Of a stretch of DNA of 64,000 bases, positions 18,409 through 27,098 are shown in pieces. Within the stretch, counting starts at the first letter, position 1. Each line of letters starts with the position of its first letter. The stretch comes from Armatimonadota bacterium (GTDB lineage: Bacteria > Armatimonadota > UBA5829 > DSUL01), in NCBI GenBank assembly GCA_039811685.1, contig JBDHZC010000002.1, forward strand, positions 128,001 to 192,000, in the 5' to 3' direction. A program made the translations under genes and the position numbers. The notes under the pieces are model-generated. The model worked only from the letters and a program-made list of their open reading frames with translations. It had not been told where the DNA came from and ran no database searches.

Positions 18409-19049
18409 CCGGTTCCAAAGGTGGATCGCGCGGTGTCTTCATCACGTTTGAAGGGGTTGAAGGCGCGGGCAAGTCAACACAGATTGCTCTGGTGGCGCAG
18501 GCCCTGCGGGACAGAGGATACACGGTGTGCCTGACACGGGAGCCGGGCGGTGAGCCTCTGGCCGAGAAGATACGGCAGCTTCTTCTGGACTCTACAGACG
18601 ATCCTCCCACCCCACGCACTGAGCTGCTTCTGATGCAGGCTGCTCGCGCACAACACGTTGACAGACTGATCCGCCCCCATCTCGAGGCAGGAGAAGTCGT
18701 GATCTGCGACAGATTTTACCATTCGACCATAGCCTACCAGGGCTTTGCGCGTGGACTTGACACTGAGTTCATTCAGCGCAGCACGGATTTTGCTGTGGAC
18801 AGCGTTCACCCTACGGTTACTCTTGTGCTGGACATCCCGCCCGAAGAAGGACTCCTGCGACAGTCGAAGCGCAACCGGATGGAGAGCGAAGATATAGGCT
18901 TTCACCAGAGAGTGCGAGAAGGGTTTCTGGAGCAGGTCAAAGCATTGCCGGCAACGGTGAAACTTGTTGATGCGCACGGTAGTGTCGAAGAGGTACATCA
19001 ACGCGTTATGTGCGTGCTGGAACCAATCCTCAAGATTCCTGGCGATTGA
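18405..19049 (+). CDS. tmk: Thymidylate kinase
   Basis: [37 protein letters not shown]. Confidence 0.97.
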   Translation: MTGSKGGSRGVFITFEGVEGAGKSTQIALVAQALRDRGYTVCLTREPGGEPLAEKIRQLLLDSTDDPPTPRTELLLMQAARAQHVDRLIRPHLEAGEVVICDRFYHSTIAYQGFARGLDTEFIQRSTDFAVDSVHPTVTLVLDIPPEEGLLRQSKRNRMESEDIGFHQRVREGFLEQVKALPATVKLVDAHGSVEEVHQRVMCVLEPILKIPGD

Positions 19050-19461
19050 AATCGCGGCTACCTACACAAAGTCTCCCTGCGGAGACTGCTGACCCTCAGC
19101 CTGCGAAGGCAGGCTTCGTCTTTACAAGCGCGGTTTCAACCGCCGGCCTCAGATTGCTTCAGCACAACAAACCCGGCGATTGAAATCGCGGCTACACATA
19201 CAAAGTCTCCCTTCGGAGACTGCTGACCCTCAGCCTGCGAAGGCAGGCTTCGTCTTTACAGGCGCGGTTTCAACCGCCGACCTCAGATTGCTTCAGCACA
19301 ACAAACCCGGCGATTGAAATCGCAGCTACCTGCACAAAGTCTCCCTGCGGAGACTACTGACCCTCAGCCTGCGAAGGCAGGCTTCGTCTTTACAGGCGCG
19401 GTTTCAACCGCCGGCCGTGTCGAGCGACGTGGCTTCAACCGCCGGCCGCCTCAACCGCCGG
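19041..19461. repeat. Tandem array of three 134-bp REP/BIME-like palindromic units plus two TCAACCGCCGG remnants
   Basis: Units start at 19041, 19175 and 19309. Each has four hairpins: GCGATT-GA-AATCGC, AGTCTCC-N4-GGAGACT, AGCCTGC-GAAG-GCAGGCT and GCGGTT-TC-AACCGC. The reverse complement of the left end is GTAG plus hairpin. Lies between convergent genes. Confidence 0.9.
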
Positions 19462-19495
19462 CTCCCTCTGACCAGGTTCTCACTGTCAAAGAGAC

Positions 19496-20482
19496 TCAGT
19501 ACCCTCTTGAGCGCAGATATTCCGTTGGCATCTCCTGCCCGGAGAGAAACGCGTTGAGATTTGCCGCAACGTTGGCAGCGCCGCGCTCACCATAATGCGG
19601 CGTCGTTCCGCTGACGTGCGGGGTAATAATGACCTGCGGCATGTCCCAGAGCGGTGAATCCGGCGCAAGCGGCTCTTGCTCAAAGACATCCAGGCACGCG
19701 CCCCCCAGATGACCACTCGCCAACGCCTCTAGCAGGGCGCTCTGGTCCACGACGCTTCCGCGCGAGATATTTACAAGAACGCTGCCGGGTTTCATCTGCG
19801 CAAGCGCCGAGGGCCCAATCAGACACTGAGACTCAGGGGTCTGCGGCACGCAAAGCACTGTGAAGTCAGACTCAAGCAAGAGTGGGCCAATATCACTTCG
19901 CTCTACCCAGAGGTCGGCTTCGTCTTCTGACGCACTGCGAGAGCGAGTGGCCACTGTGCGCGCTCCGAGGGCGCGGCACCTCCGCGCCACCTCACGCCCG
20001 ATATGACCCATCCCGACAATGCCGACCGTCGCATTCTGAAACTCTCGAATTCGCCTGCCTGGCGCTTCGCGAGTCCATCTGTGCTCGCCTTGCGATCGCG
20101 CGAAAAAGTCCAGGCGACGGCATAGGGAGAGAATCATCGCCATCACGTGCTCTGCGATCGGGACAGCGAAGACTCCCTTTTGTGTAGTGAGACGGATTTT
20201 CGTCGCCAGCAGCTCAGGGGTCAGCGCGTGGTTGATTCCGGCGCTGCCGAATTGGATCCACTCCAGCTTCTTCATCTTCTGCAAAGCGTCTGGACGCACG
20301 CCCCAAGTCACCAGAACTTCCACATCTTCCAGGCCCTCAGGTTGGGCGTCCGCACTCTGCACCACACGTACACAATGTCCTTCGAACACTTTTCGTACGC
20401 GCTCAACGTAACCCGCGATGATGTCAGACGCTTCCAGATGGTGGGCCATCCAGATCAAGACATTCAGTTGCCTGTCAGCCAC
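19496..20482 (-). CDS. D-2-hydroxyacid dehydrogenase
   Basis: GIVGMGHIG Rossmann motif, VNISRG, LDVFEQEPL, ITPHVSG. Confidence 0.93.
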   Translation of the reverse strand: MADRQLNVLIWMAHHLEASDIIAGYVERVRKVFEGHCVRVVQSADAQPEGLEDVEVLVTWGVRPDALQKMKKLEWIQFGSAGINHALTPELLATKIRLTTQKGVFAVPIAEHVMAMILSLCRRLDFFARSQGEHRWTREAPGRRIREFQNATVGIVGMGHIGREVARRCRALGARTVATRSRSASEDEADLWVERSDIGPLLLESDFTVLCVPQTPESQCLIGPSALAQMKPGSVLVNISRGSVVDQSALLEALASGHLGGACLDVFEQEPLAPDSPLWDMPQVIITPHVSGTTPHYGERGAANVAANLNAFLSGQEMPTEYLRSRGY

Positions 20483-21545
20483 TCATCACACTCCAGAAAA
20501 GCTGTGCAGTCTCGAGCGAAAGACGCTTTTGCTCACGCGTAAAGGACTCAAGAGCGCTTTTATGCTGCAAACGATGGTCCCACAAAGTCGACAGAGAAGA
20601 GAAGATATTGTCCTCCGTCAAGCCATCCAGCTCCAGCCAGGGCATCCCGGCGGCTTGGCAAAACCTGCGGACTTTTGGATCGTAGGCAATGCCCAGAAAC
20701 GGTGCGTGGCTGCGGGCCGCTAGAATCAACGAGTGCAGTCTCATTCCACACACCATCGCCATACGATCAAACAGTTCCACCATTGCGGCTGGCCCTTCTG
20801 GCACATTCAGGTCACTGGTGCTGACGCGCGCGACGCTTGAGGCTCGATCAGATATCACGACATCCTGTGGCTGTTGAAAAGGAACGAACATAAGTCTTAG
20901 AGAACTCCGGGTGGCAGCAGCGGCACAAGCCGAGGCAACGTCGCGCTCGTGAGCTTCTATCCCCGGCCACTCGCGCAGTGCCACACCAAACAAATCTCTG
21001 GTATCAGAAACCTGTCCAGAAGTCTGCAGTGAGAACGCGGGGTCGGCTGTCAGTGACAGAAGAGCTTCAGGCACACCAAGAGCCGCCAGCTCCCCCAGCG
21101 ATTTTGAATCGCGCAACGTCACTGCTGCAGCGCGCGAGATCGCCCTTCCAGCCTTCGCGCGCAAACTGGCGTCTCTCAAGGGTCCGAACCCCTGCGCCCA
21201 CAGAAACAGCTTCCTGCGCAAAGACAACGCTGCCCGCATCAGCCACACATAGTAAGACGCAGAGCGGCGGCTGGTGGCGTCCTGTATGAGACTCCCGCCT
21301 CCCAGAATCAGACAGTCACACCACATCAGCGCGGACAACACCGCTACAGGAGAAAAACGGGCATACGATCGCACACCGTGGAGTTGATGAGTCCGGACAG
21401 GAGAAGCGCTGAGAGCCCGCAGATCCCAGGCAGTACTGGCAGAGGCCGCCTCAAGAGACGCCAGGATACCCGCGAGCACGATTTCATCACCCGCATTCCC
21501 ACTGCCATAGTATCCGGCTGCGAGGATTCTAAGCGGACGGCCCAT
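20475..21545 (-). CDS. csaB: Polysaccharide pyruvyl transferase CsaB
   Basis: GYYGSGNAGDE, GGGSLIQDATS.RS..YY, AQGFGPL, TLRD, GMRLHSLI, YDPKV. Confidence 0.93.
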   Translation of the reverse strand: MGRPLRILAAGYYGSGNAGDEIVLAGILASLEAASASTAWDLRALSASPVRTHQLHGVRSYARFSPVAVLSALMWCDCLILGGGSLIQDATSRRSASYYVWLMRAALSLRRKLFLWAQGFGPLRDASLRAKAGRAISRAAAVTLRDSKSLGELAALGVPEALLSLTADPAFSLQTSGQVSDTRDLFGVALREWPGIEAHERDVASACAAAATRSSLRLMFVPFQQPQDVVISDRASSVARVSTSDLNVPEGPAAMVELFDRMAMVCGMRLHSLILAARSHAPFLGIAYDPKVRRFCQAAGMPWLELDGLTEDNIFSSLSTLWDHRLQHKSALESFTREQKRLSLETAQLFWSVMSG

Positions 21546-23493
21546 CAGTGGCCACTTTCGAATCGGCTCCCAGTCCCAGCCGCCGCAACAGCCAGATGAG
21601 AACCGCCCCTGTCACAAGTCCCACCCACGCGCCATTGATAACGCGTACAACCGTGATCTCCAGGGGCGTATGAATGTGGCAGAAGCTGTTCAACGCCGAG
21701 ACTAACCCCACCATAGCGAGCACGAAGAAGAAACTGGCCCAGGCTCGCTGCCTTTGAAGTGACAACCAGAGAGCCGCGACTAAAGCGGGATACCCGACCA
21801 GGATTTCCTTGCTGCGCGGACGCACGAAGAGAATCTGGTCTAACACAGCGCGGAAGCGAAGCTCAAGCGGAGACACCCCGACACCCGCGTCATTTCCTGA
21901 GCGAACAACGACAACGAGCAAGACTACGAGGGCAACCAGCGCAACAAACCCGTACCCAAAGAGCACAGGAGTCTGCCAGGCTTCCCGCACGCGCGCGGCC
22001 ATTCGAGTCTTCATTTCCTTCCACGCAAGCGGCTCTCCCAGGAGCCCCGCGATAGCTGCAAATGCGACAACGACAACGGGCAGCAGATGGGCGAGCTTCA
22101 CTCCGGCGAACTGACTGGTTTCCGTCATAAACAGTCTTCCCGACAGGATTGCGGCGATAAGAACACCTCCGTAAACCGCACAGACGATCGCGGAAAGATA
22201 CAGCACGAGCAATTGAAGCGAGCGCAAAATGGCTGGTATCCTGACAGCCTCAGGGAGTTGATTCACGAGTCGCACGGTGCGAGCCAGGCCCCACACCGGG
22301 AAAACGAGTGCCGAGAGCAGCGCCAGTCCCTTGCGTCCAACGTCACCCGCAAACACGGCGGCAAACAGGACAACAACTGTGATCCCAAAGGCCGCTCCAG
22401 CCGCCCCCGGTTTAAGATCAACAAACTCTGTCAACACCAGTATTACACCCGCCGCTAAGGCAATGGCCATCAGCAGTAACTCCCACCGGAGCGGATGTGG
22501 ATCGCCGATGATGGACGCCGCTCCAGGGCGGTAGCCAGACTTGCGGAGTCCGCTGACAATCTCGTGGATGTAGCTGGCATTGTTCTCCAACGCAGTGGGC
22601 CCGCTCATTTCGATCAACCGGATATACAGCAGGCGTACATTGCGCTCTCGCGCCGCGCGAACGAAGCGCTCCACCGCAGCGGGTTGCTGATAGTTGGCCA
22701 TCTCTGAGCCCGATATGCTGTGAACGCGGATGTACCGGCCCTTCAAGAGAGTCCCCAGCTTATCTGAGCCTTTCTGCTTGCTGAACTCAATATTGCCGAA
22801 GATGAGGTGTGAGCGCTCGAACCACTCCGCTGTCTGTTTCACCCCGCCGTTCCAGCCGAGCACTTCGTCTCCCGCGAAAATAACCTTTTCGATGTTGAAC
22901 GCCTGCATCTGCTTTGCCAGAAAACCCAGAAAGCTATCATTGACCTCGGAGAAATTGTTCACGCGGCCCACTACAGAGAAGCCGAGCCTCCGTATCTGCC
23001 CAAGAATCTGGCTTTGCGTATCAAATCCGAGTGGCAGGCGCGCAATTTCTGCGGGCGGAAGGCTGAGAGGTCCGATGGTTGTCCCCTGCTGAGAGCTTCC
23101 GCGGCGCTGTGGCTCCTCACTGAGAAAACCACCAGATCGGAGAGCTTCACGGATAACGCGGGAGATAAGAGCGGAATCGCAGACTATCTGATAGCGCAGT
23201 GCGCCATCTGTGGAGACCGGCTCAAGCCGCGCGGCGCCTATGTTCAGGTAGCTGCCGATCGTGCTCTGAGTGACGGCGATACTGGTGACGCCACTGTTTT
23301 TCAGTTCGGTCAGAACATCGGTCAGACCCGGAGAGCCCGGGCGCGAAGCCAGAGACTGCACCTCGTCCAGATCAAGAGCTATCTGGACATTTCGATCAGC
23401 TTTTTCGACGGCGATTCGGCGCGAAAGAGTCGAAAATGAGCCCAGTAATCCGGGTACAAGCAAGGCAATGAACAGCAGACGCAGGGATCTCAT
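21529..23493 (-). CDS. DUF5693-family membrane protein (csaB-associated)
   Basis: RAARERNVRLLYIR, F.GVKLAH, RSGN, E..FR..L...L.VRPRSKE.LVGYP, NSFCHIHTP. Multi-TM C-terminal half, adjacent to csaB. Confidence 0.8.
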   Translation of the reverse strand: MRSLRLLFIALLVPGLLGSFSTLSRRIAVEKADRNVQIALDLDEVQSLASRPGSPGLTDVLTELKNSGVTSIAVTQSTIGSYLNIGAARLEPVSTDGALRYQIVCDSALISRVIREALRSGGFLSEEPQRRGSSQQGTTIGPLSLPPAEIARLPLGFDTQSQILGQIRRLGFSVVGRVNNFSEVNDSFLGFLAKQMQAFNIEKVIFAGDEVLGWNGGVKQTAEWFERSHLIFGNIEFSKQKGSDKLGTLLKGRYIRVHSISGSEMANYQQPAAVERFVRAARERNVRLLYIRLIEMSGPTALENNASYIHEIVSGLRKSGYRPGAASIIGDPHPLRWELLLMAIALAAGVILVLTEFVDLKPGAAGAAFGITVVVLFAAVFAGDVGRKGLALLSALVFPVWGLARTVRLVNQLPEAVRIPAILRSLQLLVLYLSAIVCAVYGGVLIAAILSGRLFMTETSQFAGVKLAHLLPVVVVAFAAIAGLLGEPLAWKEMKTRMAARVREAWQTPVLFGYGFVALVALVVLLVVVVRSGNDAGVGVSPLELRFRAVLDQILFVRPRSKEILVGYPALVAALWLSLQRQRAWASFFFVLAMVGLVSALNSFCHIHTPLEITVVRVINGAWVGLVTGAVLIWLLRRLGLGADSKVATDGPSA

Positions 23494-23539
23494 AGGGCCA
23501 ACAACAGTCTTTCTCCTACAGGTACGCGCACCAAGTTCG

Positions 23540-24265
23540 CTACCAGCTCTTCCTTAACCTGCCTGTCCCTCTGCCTGTTTTGTGCCAACCGCCAAGCAGG
23601 ATAAGCAGGATAATACCACTGGCAAAACCGCCGATATGCGCCCAGTAGGCGACTCCGCCGTCAATCTGAGCGCCACTCTGGAGATAGGCGCTTCCGATCT
23701 GTGTGAGTATCCAGATTCCAAGCATGAAAAAAGCTGGAACGCGCATGGTTGTCAGGACGAAACCGAACGGTACAAGACAGTACACACGGGCGTTCGGATA
23801 GAGCAGAATGTAGGCTCCCAGCACTCCTGCTATGGCCCCACTGGCGCCAACTGTAGGTACAGACGATGAAGGCTCGGAGACAATGTGAGCCAGAGCTGCA
23901 AGAAACCCGGAGCCCAGATAGAAAACGAGATACTTCACATGCCCCAGCCGATCTTCAATGTTGTTTCCAAAGATCAGCAGATAGACCATGTTTCCGATGA
24001 TATGCAGCCAGCCTCCATGCATGAACATGCTGGTAAAGATGGTGAGGTAAGGATCGGGGACTACCGGCGGATGCGGCTTCAAACCCGTGACATAGGCCGG
24101 CACCATCGCAAACTGCATGAGTCCGGCAAAACGGTGTGGCCCCATATCGGCAATCGCCAGCCCGTGCGCTTCCTGATTGAAAAACACGACTGCATTGATG
24201 GCCACCAGCGCCCAGGTGACGTAGGGCGTGAGTGTCGTCGGATTGTCATCTCGCAGCGGAATCAT
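23540..24265 (-). CDS. Rhomboid intramembrane serine protease
   Basis: MIPLRDDNP, TSMFMHGGWLHIIGNM, GASGAIAG, VAYWAHIGGF. Confidence 0.95.
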   Translation of the reverse strand: MIPLRDDNPTTLTPYVTWALVAINAVVFFNQEAHGLAIADMGPHRFAGLMQFAMVPAYVTGLKPHPPVVPDPYLTIFTSMFMHGGWLHIIGNMVYLLIFGNNIEDRLGHVKYLVFYLGSGFLAALAHIVSEPSSSVPTVGASGAIAGVLGAYILLYPNARVYCLVPFGFVLTTMRVPAFFMLGIWILTQIGSAYLQSGAQIDGGVAYWAHIGGFASGIILLILLGGWHKTGRGTGRLRKSW

Positions 24266-24317
24266 TGCGTCTTGGAGAAGTTTACACTGTCAGTTGCACA
24301 TCCTGCCGTCATAGAAC

Positions 24318-24357
24318 AAAGAAAACGCCTCCGCGGCTGTCAACTCCGCGGAGGCGT
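24318..24357 (-). terminator. Intrinsic terminator downstream of the zinc-ribbon gene
   Basis: Stem ACGCCTCCGCGG / CCGCGGAGGCGT followed by a T-rich tract on the minus strand. Confidence 0.75.
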
Positions 24358-24442
24358 CTCTCTACTTTTCTCCAGCCTGCTACAAGCAGATCAGGTGTCT
24401 TAAGACTTCTGGACTCCCATAAAAAGCGATACTATAACCCTG

Positions 24443-24772
24443 TCACTTCTCCTTCGCCGTATCATGCAGATCTGGCAAGCGGGTCAGCTCCTGCAGCTCA
24501 AAGTGAACATCTATGACTTCGTGAATATCTATGGGACCCATGCGGTCAAAGCGCTCTTTGTCGCTTTCCGTGACTTCACAGGGCACATCCAGCAAAAGTC
24601 TCTCGTCCCACTCCTCCTGTTTGATAAACTGCTCGCCCAGGCGCTTGCAGCGAGAGCATCGAAACTTGAGCCACACGAAACTGGGTCCCGCGACTCTCAA
24701 GTAGTAGCCCTTCTGCATGACATCCTTTGCCACAACGCGGTTTCCACAGTTGCAGCGGATGTGAGTTCGCAT
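24443..24772 (-). CDS. Small hypothetical zinc-ribbon protein
   Basis: CNCG...CSRC motif pair, GGAGG SD upstream, own terminator. Confidence 0.75.
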   Translation of the reverse strand: MRTHIRCNCGNRVVAKDVMQKGYYLRVAGPSFVWLKFRCSRCKRLGEQFIKQEEWDERLLLDVPCEVTESDKERFDRMGPIDIHEVIDVHFELQELTRLPDLHDTAKEK

Positions 24773-25479
24773 GCTCTGGCCTCCGTGCGGGGTCAGCCTC
24801 AGATTATCCCAAGATGGCCGCCCAATCAGATTATAGCATAGCCGCGAGGCGCGTGACTATGACGGTACCTGGTGAATTTTTCTCCTTAGGTTCGAGGAGA
24901 TGTCCGCGCGGCCGGCGCCATCTGAAATCTCTGCCTCCGCCATCCCGCTATCAATACTGGTTTGTGGCGCCCAGGAGGCCATTGGCACGCTTCGTGCCGG
25001 TATTATCAATGGCAGACTGTGGGGCGCGACCTCTCCGAGACGCATCCTGCTGCCTGCCAGCCGGCGGCTTGCGGGTGAAAGCCTGCTGCCTTCGGTATTG
25101 TGCATAACCCTGTTTCAGAAAAAACATCCGAATCTGTTGAAATTCGTTGTTTACAAAACTGAGGGGTATCGGTTAGTATAGAAATGTGCTGGTGTCGATT
25201 CCTCACGTTAAGCCGCTTTTGCGGGGATCACTGAGGATCCACCTCCCGCGGAACATTTCGCTCGGCAAGGGAGCTCAGCGGCAGAGTTCAATTCTTTACC
25301 TGCTATTCGTGGGCTGCGTCTGATCTGATTTTGAATGTGGACTCAGCCGGAGATGACGCCCCCTGGCCGGACGAGTGTTAGTTCGTTTTGCGACGAGGTG
25401 TTGCGAGACGTCTCTCGAATGGTCTCCGGAGGGGGCTCCCGACAACGGAATTACACCGCACGAAATTTACTTTTCTCAC

Positions 25480-25509
25480 TTGACGCCGCCGCAGGGCGAG
25501 CGATATAAT
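25480..25509 (+). promoter_or_regulatory. sigma70-type promoter TTGACG-N18-TATAAT
   Basis: Near-consensus hexamers 52 nt upstream of ATG 25562; SD GAAAGGAG. Confidence 0.8.
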
Positions 25510-25561
25510 AACCACAGCTACAGGTGTCTTCTGTCGGCTCTGTGGAAAGGAGAGATTCTAA

Positions 25562-26221
25562 ATGAAGAATCGGACAGGATTTGCTCTTTTGGCAGCAACG
25601 ATGGTGCTGGGGATTGCCGTCAGCGCGTCAGCTGCTCCTGTTACATCAACTATCACCCTCGGTACAGGCTGGAATATGATTGCCCTGCCGACTGTTCCGC
25701 TCAACCCCGCTCCCGATGCGGTCCTCCAGGACCTCGCCAATGTGCAGGATGTTGACGGGAACATTGTTCGCTGGGACCCGATAAACCGATCCAATGTCCA
25801 GTTCTACTCCTTCGACCCCGAGAGCTTTGGCAATCTGCTGATTGGCGATGGCTACTGGGTGTTGAAGACCACCAGCGGGTCGCTGACCGCAAGCTATCAG
25901 GGCGTGGACGTGAGTGGCGATCATTGGATCAGCCTGCCGCGCAAGGGCTGGACTCTCATCGGCTATCCGAATAACACTCCGGCATCAAAGATCTATGATG
26001 ACGTGTTGGTTACCAACGGCATCGAGACCAAGTCAATGGAAGATGCGATTGGAGCCGGATGGGTCAACGACTTTGCCTTCACATGGGACAATGGCAACCG
26101 CTCGCTTCTGTCAGTGAGTCTGAGCAGCGACGTTGGAGACCTTGTTGAATTGGAGAAGGGCAAGGGCTACTGGTTCCAGAGCAAGGTTGACAACCTGGCG
26201 CTTATCATTCCAGGTAGCTAG
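25562..26221 (+). CDS. Secreted protein with duplicated GWxxI..P / GxGYW motif
   Basis: Signal peptide ending ASA. Internal repeat LGTGWNMIALP...GDGYWV and PRKGWTLIGYP...GKGYWF. Confidence 0.85.
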   Translation: MKNRTGFALLAATMVLGIAVSASAAPVTSTITLGTGWNMIALPTVPLNPAPDAVLQDLANVQDVDGNIVRWDPINRSNVQFYSFDPESFGNLLIGDGYWVLKTTSGSLTASYQGVDVSGDHWISLPRKGWTLIGYPNNTPASKIYDDVLVTNGIETKSMEDAIGAGWVNDFAFTWDNGNRSLLSVSLSSDVGDLVELEKGKGYWFQSKVDNLALIIPGS

Positions 26222-26250
26222 TCCGATCTGAACAAATTCCGTTAGGGATT

Positions 26251-26284
26251 GAAAGGCCTGTCGGAAACGGCAGGCCTTTTTTCT
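26251..26284 (+). terminator. Intrinsic terminator
   Basis: AAAGGCCTGTCG-GAAA-CGGCAGGCCTTT followed by a T tract. Confidence 0.85.
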
Positions 26285-26313
26285 TGCCTGGATGACCGAG
26301 GTGTGCGGCGCCG

Positions 26314-27078
26314 CTAGGAGTGCCGGAGAGACTGAACAATAGCTGGCAGAGCACTGGCTGAAGGCTGGCGCACGTGGACCTGCGCCAAAGCAGACAGATG
26401 CGTCTGGTTTGGGTTAAGCTCGATCACCGTCCCTCCTGCGCGCAACACGGCTTCCGCCAGGCCGTAGCCTCCACTGACAAATCCGGAAGTGCCGACAACA
26501 AGAAGGGCGTCCGACTGCGTCGCAAAGAGCAGCGCGCGTTCGATCAGCCCTTCCGGGAGCAACTCCCCAAACCAGACGACGCCGGGCCTCAGAAGTCCAG
26601 CACACTGACCACAGACAGGTAGATCATCCGTCTGACGAAGCAGGGCGGGGTTGATATACGCTTCGACGCGCTTTTCAGTGCCACAATGTGTGCATCTGAC
26701 AGTCAACAAATCGCCGTGAATCTTGACGATTTTCTGGCTGCCGGCGCGCTCACTCAAGTCATCAACGTTCTGTGTTACCAGCAGGAAGCGTGGGAATATC
26801 CTTTCCATCTCAGCCAGCGCCAGATGCCCTGGATTTGGCTTCACTTCCAGTAGCCGTTTCTGCCGCTCAGCATAGAAGCGCCAAACTGTCACCGGGTCTC
26901 GCTTGAAACCCTCTGGTGTCGCAACGTCCTCAACCCGATGGCCTTCCCAGAGGCCACCCTGATCCCGAAAAGTCTGGAGTCCGCTTTCCGCGCTCAGACC
27001 AGCGCCCGCAAACACCAGAATTTGACTGGCAGAGCGCAGGGCGTCAATTGCTGATTGAAGCGGTTGTTCTATGCCCAT
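26314..27078 (-). CDS. cobB: NAD-dependent protein deacylase (Sir2 family)
   Basis: GAGLSAESGLQTFR, TQNVDDL, HG, CxxC...CxxC, RPGVVWFGE, VGTSG. Y..R in FYAERQ suggests class III. Confidence 0.93.
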   Translation of the reverse strand: MGIEQPLQSAIDALRSASQILVFAGAGLSAESGLQTFRDQGGLWEGHRVEDVATPEGFKRDPVTVWRFYAERQKRLLEVKPNPGHLALAEMERIFPRFLLVTQNVDDLSERAGSQKIVKIHGDLLTVRCTHCGTEKRVEAYINPALLRQTDDLPVCGQCAGLLRPGVVWFGELLPEGLIERALLFATQSDALLVVGTSGFVSGGYGLAEAVLRAGGTVIELNPNQTHLSALAQVHVRQPSASALPAIVQSLRHS

Positions 27079-27098
27079 CCCACAATTATTCTGCTGCG

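Noticed and set aside
19041..19461. CRISPR array interpretation of the repeats
   Set aside because: The linkers between units are essentially identical (CCTCAGATTGCTTCAGCACAACAAACCC), the 134-bp unit is too long, and there are no cas genes.
19314..19595. 93-aa ORF
   Set aside because: Translation of the palindromic repeat, overlapping the convergent dehydrogenase gene.
24780..25480. ORFs or a known ncRNA in the intergenic region before 25562
   Set aside because: No coding signature or recognisable RNA family by eye; only a possible second promoter near 25150-25180.
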